From Alphaproteobacteria bacterium (GTDB lineage: Bacteria; Pseudomonadota; Alphaproteobacteria; UBA828), in NCBI GenBank assembly GCA_963422645.2, contig CAXXVO010000007.1, positions 768,001 through 832,000 of the forward strand: 64,000 nt of DNA. The letters are read 5' to 3'. Positions 37,550-51,527 of this stretch are shown in pieces (the first letter of the stretch is position 1; the number at the start of each line of letters is the position of its first letter). The notes under the pieces were generated by a model, which saw only the letters and a program-made list of their open reading frames with translations, made no database searches and had not been told where the DNA came from. The position numbers and the translations under genes are program-made.

Positions 37550-38320
37550 TCAGCCCCACTCGATGACGATATAGCCGGCGGAGACCGGGGAGGGCACGGT
37601 GAGCTGGGTGTGTCGGCTGACGCCGCTTGCGCCGGCGGGGGCGGATGCGGTTCCGTCTGCGCCGTCTGCGCCGTCGCGTCGGCCATACGCTCTCTTGCCG
37701 CCCTTGCCGCCGCGCGCCGTGCCGCCGAGGACGGCGGTGTTGCTGCCGTCGCCGCCGTCCCTCAATCGCGCTCCGTCCACGCCGTTGCTTCCCACGGACC
37801 AGAAGTAGGAGCTGCCCGCCGAGACCGCGATCTCGAAGTAGATGAAGCCGCCGTCGCCGCCGTCGCCGCCCGTCCAGCTGATCGGCGCGGCGCCCCTGTT
37901 TTGTTCGAAGCCGCTATCGCCGGCGCCGTCGCCGCCGTCGCCGCCCCGCAACTGCACGCGCACGCGGGTCACGCCCGCGGGCGCGCGCCAGTACCCGGAG
38001 CCGGGCGTGGTGAAGGTCTTGCGCCCGCGCGGCGTGGGCCGGGGCGCCGGCTCGGGCGCGGGACGCGGCGGCGCCGCGCGCTCGCTGAGGTTGGCCAGCC
38101 GCGTGCGCTCGGCGGCGGTGAACACCTCGCCCCGCATCTGGCGGAAGGGGTGCAGGCCGGAGCCGTCGAGGGTGGCGACGCCGCCCGGATCGCCGGCGGC
38201 GGCGATCATGGCGTTTATGGTGTCGGCCATGGCCTTGATGGCGGCGCGGGCGTGGGCGGGCGAATCGCTGCCCTGGTCGAGGTGGGTGGTGTCGATCTTC
38301 CTGGTGGGCCATGCGGTCAT
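37550..38320 (-). CDS. Phage tail fibre-like glycine-rich protein
   Basis: GVATLDGSG, TFTTPGSG.W.AP.GVTRVRV, Gly-rich repeats; follows the tail gene. Confidence 0.6.
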   Translation of the reverse strand: MTAWPTRKIDTTHLDQGSDSPAHARAAIKAMADTINAMIAAAGDPGGVATLDGSGLHPFRQMRGEVFTAAERTRLANLSERAAPPRPAPEPAPRPTPRGRKTFTTPGSGYWRAPAGVTRVRVQLRGGDGGDGAGDSGFEQNRGAAPISWTGGDGGDGGFIYFEIAVSAGSSYFWSVGSNGVDGARLRDGGDGSNTAVLGGTARGGKGGKRAYGRRDGADGADGTASAPAGASGVSRHTQLTVPSPVSAGYIVIEWG

Positions 38321-38341
38321 GGGGTTTCCTTTCGCGATCGC

Positions 38342-39699
38342 TCAGCCCGCCGGCGCGGCGATATGGGCGCGGGCGAGGCCGAAGCAGAGGTACTTGACGG
38401 TGGGAATCTGCCCCCGTTCCCAGGTCCAGGTCCACTCGACCTGGACCACGCGACCGGTAATCGCGTCGCCGGCGGCGTAGCCGGTCCAGGCGGCGTCGTC
38501 GAGGTCGTCGCGGCCGTCGGCGGCGCGCACGCGCACCGTCGGTTGGACGGGGGAATCGGACTCCCAGGTGAGCAGCGACACGACGCCGTCCTGGCCGAGG
38601 GCCGCCGGCATGGAGGTGTAGACGGTGGGCTCCGCCGTCCAGCCCGCGCCGGGGAGCGCCCATCCGGTCCAGGCGTCCCAGGTGGTGAGGCCGCCCCAGG
38701 CGTAGTCGGCGGCGCCGGTGGCGGGATCGGCCCAGGAGAAGTCGAGGGCCGCGCCGGCGAGCGTGCCGCGGGTCCATCCCTCGGCGCTGGGGCAGGCCCA
38801 GAACAGGCTCTCGCCCCGGCGCTGGGCGCCGAGGCGCGCGGTGACGCGGCTCTCGGGGCCGTAGCGCCCGCCCGTGTCGAGCGGGCGAAAGGAGAAGATC
38901 CAGTCGCCGGCGGCGGGCTCGACGGCCTCCCACGGGCTTGCGGTGAGCCACCCGCGGTGGATCGCGCGCAGCTCTTCCCACGGCGTGCCCGGATCTGCGG
39001 GCCAGCCGGGCGCGGGTCCGTATCTGATGCGGACGCCGAGCAGGTCGGGGTCGGCCGGCTCGACCCAGCGGAAGCGCCGGGTGCCGTCGCCGAGGCGCTC
39101 GACGTGGGCCTCGGTGACCGCGCCGGGGGGCGTGCGCAGGCCGCGGATCGTATATGCGGTGCGGTGCGGCGGTCCGCCGCCGCGGGGCAGGACGACGATC
39201 TCGATCCAGCCCTCGGGCGGGCTGGTCCAGCGCGCCTCCGTGTCGCCGCCGTCGAGGCTGGCGACGGTGCGCATGGGCCGGCGCTCCCACGACGCGCGGA
39301 CCTCGGCGCCGCGCCAGTCGCCGGCGACGGTGAGGGAGAGCGCGATCTCGACGAGGAAGGCGGCGCCGACGCGGATCAGGGTCTCGGTGACGGTGGCGTG
39401 CAGGACCCGCGGCAGATTGCGCCGTATCTGCGGCAGATCGACCGAGAGGTCGGCGGTGGCGGCAGCGTAGTAGGCGCCGACCTCGTCGACGGCCTCGAGG
39501 CGCACCCGGTCCCCGGATCTGGGGCTGACGCCCACGACCTTCACCCTCGCCGGCCCGGCGCCTGCGGGATAGAGGCGCCAGAGCGTGTCGACGGGCTCGC
39601 CGATTCCGTCCTCCGGCGCGGGTGTCGTCCACACGCGGGCGGTTTCGGCGCCGTTCGCGCGCGCGTCGGAGCCGGGCGGGCCGGCATGGGCGCGCACGG
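38342..39699 (-). pseudogene. Phage tail tip/host-specificity protein C-terminal part, 5'-truncated by the transposon
   Basis: VRLEAVDE....Y, FN3-like W..P.DPDLLGVRIRY segments. Confidence 0.65.
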
Positions 39700-39798
39700 T
39701 GAGCGTGCGCCCAGCATTTGATGGTGCGGTTTTCGGATTATTTGATGTTCGTGATGCGGCGCTTGGTTGATCTGCGAGAGCGGTGAGTGGCCTGGCTT

Positions 39799-40668
39799 TC
39801 ATCGAGACCGCAGGAGCATCTCGTTCCAGTCCTTGGCGTGTCGTGGGCGCAACCTTTTCACCCTTGGATCGTTGAGCACGAGATGCTCGGCGGCAGTGTC
39901 GCCGGCGCTGTCTGCGTCGTAGGCACAGACGATGCGACGTGGCTTCCACTCCTTGATCCAGGGCGGGACCGAGCTGGCGATGCCGGCGGTTGAGGCGACG
40001 ACGGCGCCGTTCTCGCGCGTCCCCTCGACGCGCAGGCTTCGTGCAGAGATGGCGTCGACGGCGCTCTCGGTGAGGATGACGAGGGCGGGCTGGTTTCGGT
40101 CGCAGTGGAGCCAGAAGCCGCCACGCGCCTTGCGCGATCCCGGGGCCATGCCCCTGAAGCGTTTTGTTCCGGGCTGCGGCGCGGTGCCGAGGATCTCGGC
40201 GCCGGTCGTGTGCCCGCTGGCGTTTCGGCAGATGAAGACGGCGTTGATCCTGTCATCGGCGTAGAGGAGGCCTCGGCCGTGGCAGGCTTCGAGCACGTCG
40301 GTGCCGATAGCGCGTTGGCGGATGAGGGCGTCCCGGACCCTGGGCCAGGCGCGGGGACTGGGCCTTGGCAGCCGCAGGCGTCGCGGGGCGGCTGGGATGG
40401 TGGTGATCTCCCTCCGCCCCTCATGGCTTCCGAGGAAGCGGAGGGCTTCCGGGAAGCGGCATCCCGTCGCATGGATGACGAGGTCGATGGCGCCACCCCC
40501 TCCCGTGCCGCGCAGGTGATCGAAGAACTTCTCGCCGTTGATGCTGATGACCGAGCCCCCGCGCTTGAAGCGCGCCCGGTCGGTCGGGTCTCTGCGGTAG
40601 CCGAGGGCGGCGGCGACCCGGTCGAGGGGGATGTTGCGGCAGGTGGCCAGGGGATCGCCGCCGCTCAT
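39799..40668 (-). CDS. Toprim-domain primase-like protein
   Basis: Same translation as 21023-21892. Confidence 0.82.
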   Translation of the reverse strand: MSGGDPLATCRNIPLDRVAAALGYRRDPTDRARFKRGGSVISINGEKFFDHLRGTGGGGAIDLVIHATGCRFPEALRFLGSHEGRREITTIPAAPRRLRLPRPSPRAWPRVRDALIRQRAIGTDVLEACHGRGLLYADDRINAVFICRNASGHTTGAEILGTAPQPGTKRFRGMAPGSRKARGGFWLHCDRNQPALVILTESAVDAISARSLRVEGTRENGAVVASTAGIASSVPPWIKEWKPRRIVCAYDADSAGDTAAEHLVLNDPRVKRLRPRHAKDWNEMLLRSR

Positions 40669-40770
40669 TGCCGGGTCCCGGCGAAGGTCTGCTTGGAAGG
40701 GAGGCTGACGGCGTTCCCGTTCCTGTACCCTTCAACGCTTAAGAGTTCCGGGAACGGGAACGGGAACGCC

Positions 40771-41769
40771 TCATCCCGCACTTCCGTTGATGGCGGCAGG
40801 GGATTGCGGCTCCCGGTGCGCCTCGGCGGCTGCGAGGCGATAGCCACCCCTGGGCGCCCGTTCGATGCGCCCCTCCCTGGTGAGGCTCTCGATGGCGGCA
40901 ACGACGGTGGCGTTGCGGGCAGCGGCGCGTGAGCGGATCTGGGCTTTCGAGAGCGGCTTTTCGGCCTGCTCGATCGCCTTGAAGACGCGCTGCTCGACGG
41001 TGGCGGGCTCGTGCCTGTCTTCATCTGCCGCGTCCTGGTGCAGACGGAAGGCCGGCCCATGTCCGCCGTCGACGAGTTCCAGCTCGATGTCGTTGAGGCC
41101 CCGGGCGTCGCGCTGCTCGACCGTCATGACGATCTTCTTGTCGCGCCGGCGCAGGTACAGATTTGAGTCACCCCAAGCGTGCAGCTCGCTGCTCCCGCGC
41201 AGGGCCTGCCCCGGCCGGGTGCCGCCGCTCTTGCGGGCGTGGTGGACGAGGAGGACGGCGGTTTCGAAGCGGCGCTGCAGTTCGCGCAGGAAGCCGAGGA
41301 TGGGGGCGATCTCTGCGACGGCGTTCTCGTCGACGCTGTGCAGGCGGACCAGGGGATCGAGGATCAGGAGGCGCGGTTCGATGCGCTCCACGGTCTGCTG
41401 CAGGCGTTGACGGTCGCCGGGCCGGTCGAGACGCAGGGTGGGCACGTCGATGACGGCGATGTCGAGTTCGTCGAAGGGGGTGGCGGCGGCGCGGGCGATC
41501 CCCTGCAGACGCTTGCGCACCCTGTGGCCGGCGTCCTCGGCGGCGAAGAGCAGCACGGTGCCGCTTGCGCTGGGGCGGTAGTGGCGCAGGCATGGGACGC
41601 CGGTGGCCACGGCGACGGCGAGATCGAGCGCGAGCAGGGATTTGCCGCACTTGGGCTCGCCGCCGACGATGCCCACGGCCTGCTCGGCCCACAGCGTGTC
41701 CACCATCCACTGTTGCGCCCGGGGGCGATCCTCGAGCTGCATCGGCGCCCGTGTCGGGAAGCCCTTCAC
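40771..41769 (-). CDS. RepA/AAA_25 helicase
   Basis: Same translation as 21995-22993. Confidence 0.85.
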   Translation of the reverse strand: MKGFPTRAPMQLEDRPRAQQWMVDTLWAEQAVGIVGGEPKCGKSLLALDLAVAVATGVPCLRHYRPSASGTVLLFAAEDAGHRVRKRLQGIARAAATPFDELDIAVIDVPTLRLDRPGDRQRLQQTVERIEPRLLILDPLVRLHSVDENAVAEIAPILGFLRELQRRFETAVLLVHHARKSGGTRPGQALRGSSELHAWGDSNLYLRRRDKKIVMTVEQRDARGLNDIELELVDGGHGPAFRLHQDAADEDRHEPATVEQRVFKAIEQAEKPLSKAQIRSRAAARNATVVAAIESLTREGRIERAPRGGYRLAAAEAHREPQSPAAINGSAG

Positions 41770-42599
41770 CGCCGTGCCCTCTTCGGCTTGGCGGGCTCGC
41801 CCAGGATCTCCATGAAGAGCTTCTCGTCGAGAACCTCGCGGTTCTTCTCGGCGCCGGCGGCGAGCAGCATGTCGCCCATGACGGTAAGCGCCCTGGGGTT
41901 GCCGCCGGCGTGGGTGACCAGGGTGTCCTTGAGCTCTGCGCTCATGAGGCCCGGATTGCCGGCCTGCTCGACCAGATGGTCGAGCAGGGCCGCGAGGTCG
42001 CCGGCGTCTGCCTGGGTCATGACCAGGCGCTGGCGCAGGCGCGAGGCGATGGGCTGCAAGTCGGGCTGGCGGAGCCTGTCGATCAGGCGGCTGTCGCCGG
42101 CGAAGACGACCGAGAGGATGGCGCGCGAGTCGAAGTCGGTGGACGCCAGCAGGCGGATCTCGGAGATCACCGAGGGCAGCAGCTCCTGGGCCTCGTCGAT
42201 GAGCACCACGGGCCGCATGCGGGTGTCGTCGACATGGGTGAGCCATCGCTCGCGCAGGTTTTTGAAGCTGGCCCAGCGGTTGTTGTACATCAGGTCGACG
42301 CCGAACATCCCGCCGATCTCGCGGTAGAAGTCGGACAGCCTGGAAGAGGGGTGGGTGATGGCACAGACCCTGAGCCCGTCCGAGCGGCCGAGGCGGTCGG
42401 CGAGCACGCGCAACGCCACGCTCTTTCCGGTGCCGGGCTCGCCGGCGATCAACGCGAAGCCGCCCTGGCGCACAAGATGATGCTCGATTCTGAGGCAGAA
42501 GCTGTCGACGGCGGGGCTCACCATGAGGCTGTCGACCGGAAGGTCGGTGGCGAAGGGGTTCCATTTGAGCCCGTAGAAGGTGAGCAGCTCGCGGTTCAT
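41766..42599 (-). CDS. ExeA-like AAA ATPase
   Basis: Same translation as 22990-23823. Confidence 0.88.
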   Translation of the reverse strand: MNRELLTFYGLKWNPFATDLPVDSLMVSPAVDSFCLRIEHHLVRQGGFALIAGEPGTGKSVALRVLADRLGRSDGLRVCAITHPSSRLSDFYREIGGMFGVDLMYNNRWASFKNLRERWLTHVDDTRMRPVVLIDEAQELLPSVISEIRLLASTDFDSRAILSVVFAGDSRLIDRLRQPDLQPIASRLRQRLVMTQADAGDLAALLDHLVEQAGNPGLMSAELKDTLVTHAGGNPRALTVMGDMLLAAGAEKNREVLDEKLFMEILGEPAKPKRARR

Positions 42600-44074
42600 G
42601 ACGGATCTCCCTGATCGTCGTCCTCGCCCGGACCGGGCGTCTTGTTATGGGGTACCCAGGCCGGCGGCAGGCCTGTTGCGGCCTGGGCGTCGAGCACGCC
42701 CTTGAGCAGCGGCGGAAGTTCGCCGACGCCCGCGCTGGCGCCGCCATGGTCGCTGCCGGGTCTCGCAGGACGGCGGACGCCATCGGCGTTGCCGCGCTTG
42801 TCGAGGGGGTACAGCGTGCACAGCCGCTCGCCGCTTCGGCCTTCCACCAGATCGACGCCGCTGAGGTCCCAGCGCGCATAGCGGACCCAGAGCGTCCTCA
42901 GGTGGCGCCACGGCTGTGGCACCTGGTAGCGGATGCCCTCGACCGAGACGGTGCCGTCCGAGCGCCTGAGCGTGCGCTTCCTGGCGATGCGGAAGGCCGC
43001 CTTGAGCTCGTCCGAGGCGGGGCAGGGCCTCGATGCCTTGACGCTCCCGGCGAGGCGTTCATGCGGCGTCATGCCGAGCTCGCGGTGCACCCGCCGATGG
43101 TAGTCCTGCTCCAGCCAGGCTATGGTGGCGTCGTTGAGCATCTTCAGGGTGAGCGCGTCGACGCCTTCGAGCTGAGCCATCAGGCGGCCCTCGACCGTGC
43201 CCCAGAACGACTCGATTTTTCCATTTTGATGGGGGCTGTAAGCGAGTGTCGTGGCCCCCACGATGCCGATGAGGCGGTGCAAGCCCTCCTCGACCTCGCC
43301 CGCCGTCATCGGCCCGCCGTTGTCGGTCAGCAGGGACCTGGGCAAGTCCCTCTTCATGAAGGCCTGACAGAGCCCGTGGACGAAGACCTCGGCGGTCTCC
43401 TCCAGGTACCACTGCAGGTGGCAGCCAAGCCTGGAGTGGTCGTCGAGGAAGCCGAGCAGGATGGGCGTCTGCCATTCGCCCGACGCCGTCAGCACGCGGC
43501 GCTTGCCGTGGTGGAAGTCCCCGTGCCACAGCGCGTGACTGCGAGACACCTCGTAGCTAAGGACCTCGCGGGCTTCGACCGCCGGCTTGTCCTCACCCTC
43601 GTGCCACTTCCTGGGGCGCTCGCGCACCAGGCCGCGATTGCGCATCGCCCGCGTCAGCGTCGCGTAGGACGGCATCGGGCCGAGCTCGGGATGGGTCGCA
43701 ACATGAGCCTTGAGGGTCTCGTAGTGGAGCTGCGCCGCCCACGAGGGATGGACCCGGTACTGCTCGCGCAGCGCCGCGATCAGCCCCGCCGACATGGACC
43801 GCTCGCGGCCGACGTCGGTCCGAGGCTTCCGGCGCAGCGCCTTGACCGGGTCCTGCTCCTCTGCCCGCGCCCGGTAGTACCAGCGCTCGATCGTCGAGGC
43901 CGCAAAGCGCACCGGCCCCTTGCCCGACGGGTGCTCCCAGTCGCGCTGCGACAGACGCTCGAACTCGGCCCCCAGCTGGCCTGCAGGCGGCGGTGAAGCC
44001 AGAAGCGGCCCCACCACCGCAAAGCGCAGCCGGGCCCACTTCTCGCGCCTGGCGCCTGCGTCGTCCTTGTCCAT
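42596..44074 (-). CDS. DDE transposase
   Basis: Same translation as 23820-25298. Confidence 0.9.
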   Translation of the reverse strand: MDKDDAGARREKWARLRFAVVGPLLASPPPAGQLGAEFERLSQRDWEHPSGKGPVRFAASTIERWYYRARAEEQDPVKALRRKPRTDVGRERSMSAGLIAALREQYRVHPSWAAQLHYETLKAHVATHPELGPMPSYATLTRAMRNRGLVRERPRKWHEGEDKPAVEAREVLSYEVSRSHALWHGDFHHGKRRVLTASGEWQTPILLGFLDDHSRLGCHLQWYLEETAEVFVHGLCQAFMKRDLPRSLLTDNGGPMTAGEVEEGLHRLIGIVGATTLAYSPHQNGKIESFWGTVEGRLMAQLEGVDALTLKMLNDATIAWLEQDYHRRVHRELGMTPHERLAGSVKASRPCPASDELKAAFRIARKRTLRRSDGTVSVEGIRYQVPQPWRHLRTLWVRYARWDLSGVDLVEGRSGERLCTLYPLDKRGNADGVRRPARPGSDHGGASAGVGELPPLLKGVLDAQAATGLPPAWVPHNKTPGPGEDDDQGDPS

Positions 44075-44123
44075 TCCGGCATCCCTCCCTCGCCGCATCG
44101 GAGAGATGCCCATGTAGAACGCC

Positions 44124-44741
44124 CTATCCGGGCGTGACAGGAACACTTTCTGCGGGCGGCGCCGAGCCATCGCCGAGCCCGCAATAGCCCGTCCACGGCT
44201 TGAACCAGATCAGGCTCAGGAACAGACGCTCACCGAAGCGTCCGCCCCGCATCTGCCGCAGCACGAAGAGCAGCGGCACCTCCTCGGGTGGCATCACCAG
44301 TTCGCCACGCTTCGCTCCCCAGGGCTCCGTCGCCGGGAACGCCTCCAGCCACCACTTCCGCCAGCGGCGCAGTGTGGCGACCGAGACCCCCCACTTCCGC
44401 TTGATCGTCTGCAACCGCACCCCGCCTCTCAGAACCAGTGCACTCAACAGAACGAACAGGGCGCCCAGATAAAAGCGGCGCCCGAAGAATCGTACCGATG
44501 GTGGGGTCGCTCGCAGGCGGCAATCCGCGCAGCAGAAGCTGAACCGCCGCGTGCCCTCTTCCCTCAACTCGGCTGCCAGACCGTACGGCTTGCGCGGATA
44601 CGTCGCGCTGTGCAGCTTGCCGGGGCAGTGTCGGCAGCCCGCCTCGCGGCAGCGCGCCGCCTCGGCCTCATCGACCTCGCGCAGCCAGGCCCAGACCAGG
44701 GCGTTGCAAAGCATGGAGTGGCGGAAAATGTTGTGCGACAT
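44124..44741 (-). CDS. Zn-finger/HTH transposon accessory protein
   Basis: Same translation as 25348-25965. Confidence 0.75.
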   Translation of the reverse strand: MSHNIFRHSMLCNALVWAWLREVDEAEAARCREAGCRHCPGKLHSATYPRKPYGLAAELREEGTRRFSFCCADCRLRATPPSVRFFGRRFYLGALFVLLSALVLRGGVRLQTIKRKWGVSVATLRRWRKWWLEAFPATEPWGAKRGELVMPPEEVPLLFVLRQMRGGRFGERLFLSLIWFKPWTGYCGLGDGSAPPAESVPVTPG

Positions 44742-44891
44742 TGGGGCCGTCTCTGGCGATTGTGACCGTCACCACGAGACAAAGCCCCCCGGCGAACTTC
44801 TTGCAAGTTCGCCGAGGGGCACCCGCCCCAAAACCTCAACAAATCCGAGCGGATCAGGCCCCGATCCCCGCTGAAAGACCGCGCGCGCTCA

Positions 44892-45506
44892 ACGGCGCCC
44901 ACGCCCGGAACCGTCCGCGTCCACAACGAGAGCGAGACCTGGCAGCCCCTCGCCCCCGACCTCGGCGGCCGCGACCTCGACGCAACATCCCGCCTCTTCC
45001 GCAACCACCTGCTCGGCGGCGCCGGCATGCCCGAGCACTGGTTCGGCGGCGGCGGCGACGTCAACCGCGCAACCGCCGCAGAGATGGGCGATCCCGCCTT
45101 CAAGACCCTCAAGATGCGCCAGAGGCTGTGGACCGAGATCCTGCGCCGGGCCGCAGACTACGCCATCGCCCGCAGGCTCGACCCCTCCGGCGCATCATGG
45201 CCCGATCCCGCAGACCCCGCCCTCGCCGTCTCCGTCGAATGGCCCGAGATGGTGGTCGCCGACGCCTCCCGACACGCCGCCGCGCTCGCCCAGACCGCAG
45301 GCGCCGCGGCGCTGGCCATCGAGCGCGGCCTGCTCTCGGACGCCACCGCGCTCCGCGTCATCGCCGCCGTCGCCGGGCGCCTCGGCGTCGAGATCGACGC
45401 CGACGCCGAACTCGAGGCGGCGCGCGAAGACGCCGCCGGACGGGCCGAAGAAGACGCCTTCCGCGAGCCCCCGCAGGACGAGGACGCCGACGACGGCGAG
45501 GCGTAG
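44892..45506 (+). pseudogene. Phage portal-like protein C-terminal part, 5'-truncated by the transposon
   Basis: Frame open from the junction: VRVHNESETW...MPEHWFGGGGDVNRATAAEM; precedes the head morphogenesis gene. Confidence 0.65.
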
Positions 45507-45509
45507 CAC

Positions 45510-46445
45510 GTGGCTACCGACCGTCAGCGCCAGCACAGGCTCAAGGGCGAGCGATCCCGCCGCGCCCGCGCCCTGCCCCGCATCCAGAAGGACACCGCCG
45601 CCGAGGTCGGCCGCATCCTCGGGCGCGCCGAGCGCGACATCCGGGCCACCCTCGCCGGCGCGCCCTCCGATTACCAGGCATGGGCGCTGCCATCCCTCCA
45701 GGCCTCCGTCCGGGACGCCCTCGACAGCCTCGGCGCAGACGCCGGGCAGGCCATGGCCGAGGGCGCAACCCGCGCCTGGGACGCCGGCATCGATACCATG
45801 GACGCCCCCGTCGACGCCGCCATGCGCCTCGATGCCCCCGACTTCCGCATCGCCGCCGTCCTGCCCGAGGTCGACACCCGCCAGCTCCTCGCCATGCGAT
45901 CCTTCCTCACCGACAAGATGAAGGGCGTCACCGCCGCCCTCGCAGACCGCGTCAACACCCAGCTCGGCCTCGCCATGACCGGCTCGGTCCCCGTCGGCGA
46001 GACCACCGGACGCGTCGCCGCCATCCTCAAGAGCGGCCGCTCCCGTGCGCTCACCGTGATCCGGACCGAGCTCGGCCGCGCATACTCCATGGCCGGACAG
46101 CAGCGCATGGAGCAGGCCGCCGGGATCCTGCCGGGGCTGAGGAAGCAGTGGCGACGCTCCGGAAAGCTCAGAAGCCGCATCGCCCACGACGCCGTCGACG
46201 GACAGACCAGGGAAGCCGCCAGGCCCTTCGACGTCGGCGGCGCTTCGCTCATGTACCCCCGCGATCCCGCCGGACCCGCCGCCGAGACGATCAACTGCGG
46301 ATGCCAGTCGCTGCCATGGATGGAAAGCTGGGAGGTCGAGAACCCCGGGCGAAAGCCGTTCTCCGACGAGGAGATCGCACGCGACCCGCGGCGCGCCGAT
46401 CTCGAAGGGAAGGAGGCCGGCGCGGGGACAACGCCGGCATCGTAG
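45510..46445 (+). CDS. Phage head morphogenesis protein (MuF/SPP1 gp7 family)
   Basis: IRTELGRAY, KQW...R..H...DGQ....PF....LMYPRDP...ETINCGC. Confidence 0.85.
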   Translation: MATDRQRQHRLKGERSRRARALPRIQKDTAAEVGRILGRAERDIRATLAGAPSDYQAWALPSLQASVRDALDSLGADAGQAMAEGATRAWDAGIDTMDAPVDAAMRLDAPDFRIAAVLPEVDTRQLLAMRSFLTDKMKGVTAALADRVNTQLGLAMTGSVPVGETTGRVAAILKSGRSRALTVIRTELGRAYSMAGQQRMEQAAGILPGLRKQWRRSGKLRSRIAHDAVDGQTREAARPFDVGGASLMYPRDPAGPAAETINCGCQSLPWMESWEVENPGRKPFSDEEIARDPRRADLEGKEAGAGTTPAS

Positions 46446-47079
46446 ACCGGGCGAGGCGAAGCCCCGCGCCGCACCCCGATTTACCGGCGAATCCGCACCC
46501 CCGGAACCGCCCCGATTTACAGGCCTTTCAGCACCCCTGAAACGCCCCGAAAATCACCGTTTCCAGCCAATTCACGGCCCTTTCCGGGCCGGATTCGCAA
46601 AGACTTTCGTCCGGCCCGCCAGACCCCGGAAACGCCGCCAACCCCTTGACCGTCCGCCTTCTTCCGCCTTCTTCCCGGCATCTTCCGGATTCGCAATGAC
46701 TTTCGTCCCCCTACACAGGGTGCGGTGCGCGGCGCGCTCCGCCCGCATGACGCGATTGCCGCGCCCGCGACCCTTCAGGCGCAGGAGACACGCGTGCGGG
46801 ACTCCTGATTTCGCGCGCACGACGCTGCGCGAGCGCGCGACCCACTCATCCCACTTGAATCCCACTTATCCCGCGAATCCCGCATAAAATTTTTCGCCCT
46901 CCGCATCGCGGCCCCGCGCACGACTCTGCGGGCGGGCGCAACGTCGCCTCCGGCCCTTACCAATACCTGCACCGGCGGCGTCTCCGCCGTAGTTGCCGAA
47001 GCGAGGCGATGGCTGATCCCGCCGAGCTTGACCCTGTCTCCGGCGATAACGCGCACAGGTACCCCGCTAAGCGGCCGGC

Positions 47080-48435
47080 TCAGGCTGCCGCGGCGCGGCC
47101 TTCCCCCAGCCAGTGGCCGAGATCCGCGCGGGCGCGCTCTACCATCGCGACCTTGCGTGCGCGCTTGGGCACGCGCCCCGCGAGCGGCGGGAACAGGCCG
47201 AAGTTGACGTTCATCGGCTGGAAGGTCCCGCCTGCGCCCAGATGACCGCCGGTGATGTGGCTGAGCAGCGCGCCGAACGCCGTGGTTGGCGGCGGCGGCG
47301 GGGCGGTCGCACCCGTAATCTCCGCCGCAGCGAAACGCCCCGCGAGCAGCCCGATCGCCGCGCTCTCGACATAGCCCTCGACGCCGGTGATCTGACCCGC
47401 GAAGCGCAGATGCGGGGCGCGGCGCAGCCGCAGCTCCGCGTCCAGCAGCACCGGGCTATTGATGAAGGTGTTGCGGTGAATGCCGCCAAGCCTGGCGAAG
47501 CTCGCCTGCTCCAGCCCCGGGATCAGACGGAAGATCCGCTTCTGCGCCCCGTGCGTGAGCTTGGTCTGGAAGCCCACTATGTTGAAGAGGGTGCCGAGCG
47601 CGTTGTCCTGACGCAGTTGCACCACCGCATGCGGGCGGGCGCCGGTGGCGGGGTCGGTCAGACCCACGGGCTTCATGGGGCCGAAGCGGAGCGTTTCGCG
47701 GCCGCGCGCCGCCATCACCTCGATGGGCAGGCAGCCCTCGAAGTAGGGCGTGTCGCGCTCCCAGTCCCTGAAGGGGATCGTGTCGCCGGCGAGCAGGGCG
47801 TCGATGAAGGCCTCGTAGCGCTCGCCGTCGAGCGGGCAGTTGATGTAGGCCGCGCGGTCGCCGCCGGGACCCGCCTTGTCGTAGCGGGACTGGAACCAGG
47901 CCCGGTCGAAGTCGATGCTGTCGCGGTGGACGATGGGTGCGAGCGCGTCGAAGAAGGCGAGGTGGTCCTCGCCGGTCTCGTCCAGGATCGCCTGGCTCAG
48001 CGCCGGGGCGGTGAGGGGGCCGGTGGCGACGATGGTCAGGCCCTCCGCCGCATCGGGCAGGCCGGGGGCTTCCGCACGGCGCAACCGGATTGCGGGCTCG
48101 TCTTCGATTGCTTGCTGCACGGCCTCGGCGAAGCCCGTGCGGTCCACGGCGAGCGCCTGCCCGGCCGGCACCTTGTGGCGGTCGGCGGCGGCCATGACCA
48201 GCGAGCCCGCGCGCCGCATCTCCTCGTGCAGGAGGCCGACGGCATTGCGCTCGGCATCGTCGGAGCGGAAGGAGTTGGAGCAGACCAGCTCGGCAAGCCG
48301 GTCCGTGATATGCGCCTCGGTGGCGCGCACCGGCCGCATCTCCCACAGCTCGACCGCTCCGCCTTGGCGCGCGATTTGCCACGCCGCCTCGCAGCCGGCG
48401 AGGCCGCCGCCGATGATGCGGATCCGCTCTTCCAC
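47080..48435 (-). CDS. trmFO: Folate/FAD-dependent tRNA U54 methyltransferase
   Basis: [38 protein letters not shown]. Confidence 0.97.
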   Translation of the reverse strand: MEERIRIIGGGLAGCEAAWQIARQGGAVELWEMRPVRATEAHITDRLAELVCSNSFRSDDAERNAVGLLHEEMRRAGSLVMAAADRHKVPAGQALAVDRTGFAEAVQQAIEDEPAIRLRRAEAPGLPDAAEGLTIVATGPLTAPALSQAILDETGEDHLAFFDALAPIVHRDSIDFDRAWFQSRYDKAGPGGDRAAYINCPLDGERYEAFIDALLAGDTIPFRDWERDTPYFEGCLPIEVMAARGRETLRFGPMKPVGLTDPATGARPHAVVQLRQDNALGTLFNIVGFQTKLTHGAQKRIFRLIPGLEQASFARLGGIHRNTFINSPVLLDAELRLRRAPHLRFAGQITGVEGYVESAAIGLLAGRFAAAEITGATAPPPPPTTAFGALLSHITGGHLGAGGTFQPMNVNFGLFPPLAGRVPKRARKVAMVERARADLGHWLGEGRAAAA

Positions 48436-48465
48436 CCGTCTGCTCTCCGCGCTCCGCCGCCCGGC

Positions 48466-51357
<2,892 letters not shown>

Positions 51358-51527
51358 GGGCGCGGACGAATTGGCTTGGGGATCGGTAGCAGAATATAGG
51401 AGCTTCGCCCTGCGAAGGCGAGAGCCGCCGCTATGGGTCGCCGGCATCGTGAGGTCGGTTTGAGGCGGCCCGGGCAATCGGCTAAGAGTGGCCACCGGAA
51501 CCTGCGAGCACAGAGGGAGTTTGGGTC

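Larger units (their letters stand above)
39700..44891 (-). mobile_element. 5192-bp DDE/ExeA transposon with helicase and primase genes, copy 2
   Basis: Direct repeat of 20924-26115 (offset 18776); all ORF translations match; ACGG on both flanks. Confidence 0.9.
36491..46715. mobile_element. Collapsed Mu-like transposable prophage with intact ends
   Basis: TGTAG...CTACA ends matching at 25/28 positions; extra AAGTCTTTGCGAAT sites at both ends; 5-bp duplication CAGGG (36486-36490, 46716-46720); phage structural genes inside. Confidence 0.85.

Noticed and set aside
51358-51527. LexA box in the uvrA-ssb intergenic region
   Set aside because: Expected, but I found no convincing GTTC-N7-GTTC match by eye
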